Assembly: GCA_963693365.1 (NCBI GenBank)
Contig: CAVNZM010000008.1
Location: forward strand, 3,067,572-3,131,571
Direction: 5' to 3'
Length of the DNA stretch: 64,000 nucleotides
Source: Amoebidium appalachense
Lineage: Eukaryota; Protista; Ichthyosporea
Below the pieces are notes generated by a model that saw nothing but the letters and a program-made list of their open reading frames with translations, searched no databases and was not told the DNA's origin. Position numbers and translations under genes: made by a program. This document shows positions 51,291 through 64,000 of this stretch, one piece after another. Position 1 is the first letter of the stretch, and each line of letters begins with the position of its first letter.

Positions 51291-52299
51291 GCTACTTGGT
51301 CATCGGGGAGCTTTCCAAGTGACTGCCAGTCCTTAGCCTCCAGTCGTATGGCAATGACCGGGTTTGCTTGCATGCATTCTGTAATTGTGTTTTTCTGTGT
51401 GTCCTGCCACAACTAGGCCACCTTATCAGAGAGCTAGATGCAGTTTCTCCGGGTTATCTAGGGGCCGGGCCCGTTAACATGGGATTGTTTTTTAGCACAG
51501 ATTTGGTCTGCATAATTGCTCTTTTAGAGGCTGACTTGCTTGCTGTGCCTCGGTAGGTTTTGAGGGGGGCCTGTTGGGAAGCAGCAGTAATGATGTCTTC
51601 TTGCGGAGTGTGGTCTGGTCAACATCGATGCATATGACTAGTTGGAGCAAACAGCTAGTTTCACGCATACAGTTTCGTACATGTACACTTAAGGTTTTGC
51701 CCGCTGGTGTCCTTTGTCACTTGTCGCTTCATTTTTATTTCGTAGCTTTGGCTTTTTCAGTTCTATTGGTGGTTATGTAGCCTGTGGCTGCACGTTGCCT
51801 TCATCAACGGATCAATAAACCCGAGTCAAAAGAAAAAAGTTTTCTAAGGTGTATGATTATTTAAGTCGTTATCTCCTCCGTATCCGAGAGTGAGGGCTTT
51901 TGTATTTTCTTCTCCGAGATATCGGTGATATATCGATGGCTTCTATTTTGCTGAGCATATCAATAAAAAAAAACTTTTGACTAAGCCGCCTGTAAGGCCG
52001 TTGACCAATAGAAATCGCTAAAAAAGTAAGTCATATTTGATCCGGCAGTCGGGTGTATGCCTGTGAGTCAGTCATCAGTGACGTTGTATCACCTCAAACC
52101 AACCACCTTTGAGTCACGCACGTCACTGCGCCACTGCACATCGATCATGAATATCTTTTCAAGAAGAGTAATCTCTGTAAAATGAGCATTATTATCGCAC
52201 TTTCATATTAGGCTGTTTTGTGCGGCTTTTCTTTTTTTTTTACGGTTTTTTTATATTGTTGACCACGAATGTTTTGTCCAACAAATTTGATTCCAAATA

Positions 52300-52505
52300 T
52301 TCAAGAGGCGAGATCAATGGGTATAGGGTGATCATAGCCCAAACCTGCCATGAGCTGATTGGGCAACCTGCTTAGATCTCCATTGATCTCACGCGAGCCA
52401 CAACGGCTGGCCGGTCGCTGGGGCCTCAGGCGATTGTGCGCGGCATCCGCACAAGCGGCTGCCAGCCAATTGTAGGTGGTCTTGTCATTCTAACTATCTC
52501 TTGAA
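52300..52505. ncRNA. Candidate structured RNA of unknown class
   Basis: Nested complementary segments: 52300-52307/52498-52505, 52310-52320/52380-52390, 52337-52342/52359-52364, 52405-52411/52461-52467, 52434-52440/52448-52454. Confidence 0.35.
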
Positions 52506-53993
52506 AAATAGACTCGTGTTTGCATCAACAAACTAATTACACATTTTTTGATGTAACCTGCTTTGGTGCTTCGTATGCAGGTTTGGCTGCTCGAAGATTG
52601 GTGTCACTGTGGTGTGTCACTCATTGCTCATCAGTTGAATCGAACGACTTTACCCGATTGGTGGATCAAGTAGAGTGTTGATTGGTTGCTGACCCGTGTT
52701 CACTAAGAGGGCCGCCATCGGATCCTGCCGAGTGCCGACTCCGAGACTTCTCCGGCTGCCGGGCCGCGTCATGCTCAAGGCTTTTGTATAGCATGCCGTG
52801 CCATAGTTGAACCAAAATTTATTTTCGTTAGAAAAACTTAAAAAATATATAGTATTACTTCGAACTATGGGTACAGTGTACCAGAGTATACTTTCAGAAG
52901 CCAAAGACAGCTGATAGTAGTCTAAGCCCAATCACGTCAACGCTAGCGCTGTTGAATTCGCAGACGTAGACACTTTTGCTTTTAGGAATTCAGTAAATCT
53001 ATCAAGCTTCGGGATCTTCTTTGTTAGATAACCTTAATTTTGGCCCGCTGGATTTAGCTTCCGACAGATCTACAGATTACATATAGAGTCCCACATCCTG
53101 AATGCCATCCTCTGGCCACAGTAAAATTATCCTGGTTATGGCTGGATTTGGAGGCAATTTTTTTGCTTTAGCATTTTATTCTCTGTGCGAGGATCATTCC
53201 TTGTTTAAAAAAAAGCATCATGGTGATGACCGTAGTACTGGCCATGGCATATTGTCGACGTCATGGTAGGTCGATGATTGGATATCCCATGACTCAAAAG
53301 ATAAATTTTAGGAAATATGGACCCATGCTTCAAGGAAATATCTATCCTTTTAACGCCGTCCCGAGGAAGCTACTTTCACAACATTTCTGTACGTAATGCT
53401 AACCCGCGTATCCGACGCCCACGACCCGATCACCTCAAAGGTCCCTTCGGAATAAAGTTCACACGCACATTCGGTACACCTTTTTTCATTTTGTTCCGAC
53501 TGTTTGGCAACGGTGGCAAGGCACTTCTCACACATAAAACGTAGCACGCATTTCTTGCCCTTGACAGAACCTTTGCTGCCCGCTTAGTGTCTAGTTTCCT
53601 AAAGCTTACTTTGCTAGGAAGAGCTATGAAAGAAGTCTTTTAGCCAGCTGACTCTCTTATTATGTGATCACTGTGTACATCGTATCCGTAGTGCCAAACT
53701 TTATGTGTGTTGTTGTTCTCAGCTTTTTCGCAGCTTGACGTTTCTACAAAGAGAAACTAGTGACAGCGGTCGGTGGGCAATACTTTACCCCTCAGGCTAC
53801 CCCTGTGCTATACCACAAGAAGCCAGGACAGAGAAAGTAAGCGGTGGATCACTGTAGCACGGTTATTGTAGCCCGTGACTGAACAGGCGGGCTCAGGTGA
53901 GCAAACATCAGCATCTTCAAAACTTGGTTCCCATCAACTTCTGGTCAGGCTGTGTGCGCATCACACACTGTATTCCCAACTATCACCTGCAAC

Positions 53994-54705
53994 ATGTCCG
54001 CCTGCGTCGAGTCCGCTGCACATCCAATGGCCACCCGCCCAATCTTTCAAGAACCGGCATCATCCATCATGACGCAAATAATCCCCGAGGATGAGGGTGA
54101 TGAGAGGTTTGCCAACCTGCTGGACATCCTGCAAGGTGTTTGGGAGGGTTACAGCGAAAGGTTTGATGGGGAAACTGGCGCTTTTATCGATCACTGTCGG
54201 ACAGAAGTCCATGTTGGCTTCCGAGGTAACAACCCCTGTCCTCCCCCCCACCCACCCACCCACCCACCCACCCACCCACACACACACACACCCCTGTGTA
54301 GGCAGCAGAATTTGTAGCACCATCACGGTCGACACCCCTCTCGCCCCTCTGTGGCAGCTAAAGCTCGCCATTGGGAGAGCTTTTTTTTTTTTTTTTTTTT
54401 TTTTTTGGTTTCCCGCTCTTTGCTTTTTGCTTGTCTGTCTTGAAGATCTTTTGACTTGAAATTCGACTCACTTCGTTTTTGGGGTCCTTTGTAACATCTA
54501 CCACTTCCCCCTTTCCCCCCCCCCCCCCCACACCCCCACCCCACCCCACCCCACCCCGCTCCACCGACCCACCCTTCCCTACTGTACACCAATTTTACGC
54601 GATCTCAAGTATTGCCTGTTTCAAAATCATTCTCAGCAACTATATATTGAATTGTTTATATTGCTGTCCCCCCCCCCCCTCCCCACCACCACCACCACCA
54701 CCACC

Positions 54706-54737
<32 letters not shown>

Positions 54738-55208
54738 TGAAAAGAAATGAAAAGAAAGAAAGAAAAGAAGAAGAAGAAAAAAAGAAAGAAAAAGGAAAAG
54801 AGAAAAGAAGAAAAAGAAAAAGAAAAAGAAAAAGAAGGGCAGGGCGGAACTTTTTAAATGGGGTCCAGATCTTGGCCTGGGTTAAATAAGAAACAAGGGT
54901 AGCAGAGCTCTCCTGACCCCCAACTTCACATTTAAACAGATGACAAATTTTCACGGTTTGCACTGAGGAGACACCTGGACGGTCGGGTGGAACGCTCGTT
55001 CCATGTTGGGGAGGTTGTGGTTAAAGATGGGAGGACTTATTGCATCTACGAGTCAACAAGCTTCATATGCTCAATGTCTTGCCAGGTGAGTGTTTGCTTG
55101 AGGGTCTTGGTGGTAGTGGTGGTGGTTGTCAGGATAGTGTTGAGGGAAGTCGTGTGGGCGAGCGGTTTATTTTTTATTTTTTTATTTTTTTTATTTTTTT
55201 TATTTTTT

Positions 55209-55247
<39 letters not shown>

Positions 55248-55520
55248 AAGGAGGTTCAAGCGGGCATGTCATTCGTGTTCCCTCCTGACTTTTTTTTGAG
55301 GGGAGGGGGGAGGGCATGTTTTTCTTCTTCTCTCCTGACATTTCATTTTTATTATTATTAATTTTTGTATTTAGTTAATTCTTTTTGTGGGTGTGGGTGT
55401 TGGGGGAGGGGGGGGGGGGGGTGGGAGGGGGAGGGGGGGGGGGGGGGGGGGGGGGGGAGATCCTAAATGACGTGCAAATACGTGTTTTATATATGAACCA
55501 TATCCATTGCAATACTGACA

Positions 55521-55556
<36 letters not shown>

Positions 55557-55799
55557 TCGCCCCCCTCCATATCCCGTCCTCTTCCACACACAGACGAACC
55601 GACTATGCACAACTGAGGTCACACCAAAAGACCCAAATAAGGTTTGTAATCCCCCCCCCCCCCCCCCCCCCCCCTTTCTCCTTCCCTTTTCTCCTTGGGA
55701 TAGATGAGCACCAGTGGCAAATGCTGGCTTGGCTGCTGATGTTGAAGAGATCTGATAGAAAATGGAACGGGCCGAAAATTATTCTGGTTGGGTCCGTTG

Positions 55800-55869
<70 letters not shown>

Positions 55870-55911
55870 TGGTGGTGTGTGTGCGTGTGTGTGTTTGTGT
55901 GTGTGTGTTGG

Positions 55912-55977
<66 letters not shown>

Positions 55978-56362
55978 AGGATGGAAGGAAAGAAGAAAAA
56001 AAGACGAAGAAGAAGAAAAAAAGAAAGAAATACTGGGCTAAAGTACCTTTCACGTTCCCCGTTGCTGACCCTAAACTTCACACCCGCAGCCATTAACCGC
56101 GCATTCTATGACGTCATCCCCCGAATCGGGCATCCGATACACCACCAAGCAGGTGATTGCGGGTGGAAAAGTCACGCTTGAACATGTGCACGAGAGGCGC
56201 ATATCTACCGTGAATGTTTTTTACGAGAAAGACCCAGAAGAATTGGAGCGGGAACTTCCCTCATTGGATGATGTGGACGGCGCACAGTACGAAGATAGGA
56301 CGGAGTCGGATGAGGAAGGGTCGGATTACAGCGGCGACGATGAAGAGATGGAGCAGGATTGA
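53994..56362 (+). CDS. Hypothetical protein, possibly a DUF3598/calycin-like beta-barrel with an acidic C-terminal tail; 4 exons
   Basis: Exons 53994-54225, 54940-55085, 55594-55641, 56090-56362 join in frame with GT-AG sites. LQGVWEGYSERFDGETGAFIDHCRTEV...DGRVER resembles the GxWEG start of calycin-like barrels. The start codon is uncertain because there are several in-frame ATGs. Confidence 0.6.
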
Positions 56363-58991
56363 AATTGCAGAAGGAATATCTATTTGGTATATCTCACTGG
56401 ATAACTATATCCAAGCTATCATCTTACGATAAGTTATAGACTGTCCAGGATTGAAATTTGTAAGGAATATATCCCGGTATATACGACAAAGGTATGGAGC
56501 AGGGTTGTTGAAGTTGTGCAGAGGTCATATCCCACGTGTATCTAACGATGAACATATGGAGCAAAATGAGTTTGAGTTGGAGATATGCTCCATGAGTGTT
56601 AGCGGCGGGATAATTTTTGGGTGCTTTTCCTCTGAGACTTTTTGTTCGGGTCTATTATTAGCCTTTCGTCGTTACTCATTTTAGACAGCTTTTTTGTAGG
56701 TCGCGTATTCAATATAGTATTATGTGAAGCATAAGTTGAAATTACCGAATATCTGAACTAGTGGTGCCGCTTTGATGTGCAGGAGGTTTGCGAATGCGGC
56801 AGGCAACCCGGGGGGGGGGGGGATGGGGGGGGTTAAGTATGCATAATTTCCAAATATCCGATAGCAAATAATAATCCACATTCCGAACCCTTGTTGTTAT
56901 GTGCTCCATGAGACTGAGACTTGTAAGCGAATTTCATGTACTCCATATATACCCCAGGGTTCCATCTGAAATACATTTAACAGATATTCGAGATATGTTC
57001 AATTTCCTTTCACATTATTGTTGTTTTCTTTTCATGAATTACTGTTAGCGACGTTATACCATAGCGATTACAATGCTCATGGTCTTTCAGTATAGCTGAT
57101 ATTGTCAATTTGAGTGCAATCTGTTTTTTTGATCAGAATATCGGCTGTTTATGATGCTGCGGATACGCAGTCAGTATCCATGTACAGTGATGTGTGTGCG
57201 TGGTATGACATTGTACATGTGGTACACGATATAGTAAAATATAGTAAAGTAAATCATGAACATGAATTGGAAATGTGTGTCACGTGCGTGTGGTGGTGGT
57301 TTTATTGTGTGCCTGTGCGTGAAGAAGGGGGAGGGGGGGGGTTAAACGGTGCAACGTCACTTTGGCAACACTTTTGACGCATACAGAGAGTCCAAGTTGT
57401 GTGAAAAAAGGTTTTATAAACCAACTAAAAAAAGGAGGAATATCGCAATGTAGAAACAATAATTATTGTATGGACCAATAATTCGTGTGCGATTGCACAG
57501 ATTAGCGTTTTGGCGCCCCAATTTAAACCGACTACTGAAAGTAGGAATAGAACGGGCTTTTGAGCGATACAAGCATTGCCTATTTCGAAAGAATAGCATG
57601 CCCTACAGCCATAATGTCGTAATACTATGCGCACTATGGAGTATACGCCATGAAATTTAAAAAAAAGAAATTCGAAGCCTTATCCGAAACTGATATGGCA
57701 TTTATTAGTTTCGTACGGATTTTCTAGGATGCAATCGACGGATTACGCCCCCAACTCAGCGAAAAAGACCAAGAATACATGCAATCACGGTGGCCGTTAC
57801 GGTCGCCCGTGCACGGACACTACGTAGTATACCGTATATACCGGCATATCATATGACTTGTGTGTGGGCCCCAGTTGGTGGTGGTGGTGGTAGTACAGTG
57901 GTACGTATATGTACGTGGTCACGTGCTGGCGGTGGGTTGGTGGGTGGGGGAGCTGGGGGAGGAGGGGGAGGGGAGAGGAGAGTCCGTTCGGGGACAGAGA
58001 TCAGGGTGACACACATTGCTTAACGGAGAGTCGCTATGCATATGACATGATGTGTGGTGCAGTGCAGGGCTAGTACTCTCAAAATGATTTGCCTCCAGTA
58101 TTTGAATGATGCAAGTACAGAGTTCTTAATTAACGGTAATGTGCATTGTGAACAAAATGCGCATGCACTGGACACAAGCATATGCATAATGTTCAGAGTC
58201 ATAACGACAACAATCGCGATAATCTTTGTTCGTCAATAAATACAGCGGATTACTTGATCGTGAGAAGACCCGTGGCCATCATCCCTTCACCTGATTTAAA
58301 AAAGCCTGAAGTAGGGGAGAGTCCAAAAATAGAACATCACACCATGGTACGTTTATCATGGGAAAATACATGTACAGAGTCATATTTCGACATTGCAAGG
58401 TAACACGGGGTCATAACGGTTAAAAAGACCTCGCGCTCTAGAACACGAATAACAGCAAGGAAATACACTGCATACACACGTACAGACAGAGGGTGTCTGT
58501 CGGACATACACAGAGGTAACTTCGAACTAGGTTTTTAGAATCAACTGAGGCCCAACCCCAAGCCCCGACATATCTACATGCCAGCATTGGCGGATATTAA
58601 CACACTTCGCTTACTACGAATACGATATTCGTTTGCCCTGTCTGACGCCCCAATCTATATAAAATTCATTATATAAAAAAAGATATTCCATCATTTAGCA
58701 TATACATATTTTGTCAGCAATACAATATGAAAAATTCGATATATAAATGATGTATATATAATATATTAAATTTTAGCATCAGTATCATCATACACGGAGA
58801 CATTTTTTAGCCGAAGCCCACCAACCGTTGATGATGTTGAAAGGCCAGTGAAGAAAGACACCATTTGACCATGAAACACACGAACAAACAAAAACAAAAA
58901 GAAAAAAGAAAAGAAAAAGAAAAGAAAGAAAGAAATAGAAAAAGAAAAAGAAAAAAGAAAAGGTGGGAGGGTGGAGGCATAAAAACTTAAA

Positions 58992-63980
<4,989 letters not shown>

Positions 63981-64000
63981 CTGTAGTGGGGGGAGAGGGG

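Noticed and set aside
52887-52897. TATACTTTCAG, similar to the U3 snoRNA 5' box
   Set aside because: It is not followed by GATCA or by boxes B/C/D at the expected spacing, so it is probably chance.

Overview
This is eukaryotic, intron-rich genomic DNA whose introns and 3' UTRs are saturated with simple repeats (poly-G/C, (CA)n, (GA)n, (GCAC)n). The organism cannot be determined from the window; the gene set would fit a unicellular holozoan or other protist. Almost all ORFs in the supplied track are repeat artefacts. Manual splicing gives eight protein genes: RFWD3 (-, 15 exons), a LigB/Memo-like dioxygenase-fold gene (+), an HTATIP2/TIP30-like oxidoreductase (-), PSMD10/gankyrin (-), FANCE (+, 15 exons), BOLA2 (-), a DUF3598/calycin-like gene (+) and the 3' part of a GT-A glycosyltransferase-like gene (-). 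Two decayed non-LTR retroelement-like remnants lie at about 49.7-51.3 kb. The main leads are: (1) a dispersed intronic element of up to about 250 nt with a tRNA/Pol III-like head, a conserved stem and a C-rich tail, found in at least 5 copies in 3 genes; (2) an intergenic multi-stem RNA candidate of about 205 nt; (3) acceptors with (CA)n instead of a polypyrimidine tract; (4) repeated duplications of exon edges. All family assignments come from recalled sequence similarity, not database searches, and coordinates were counted by hand.
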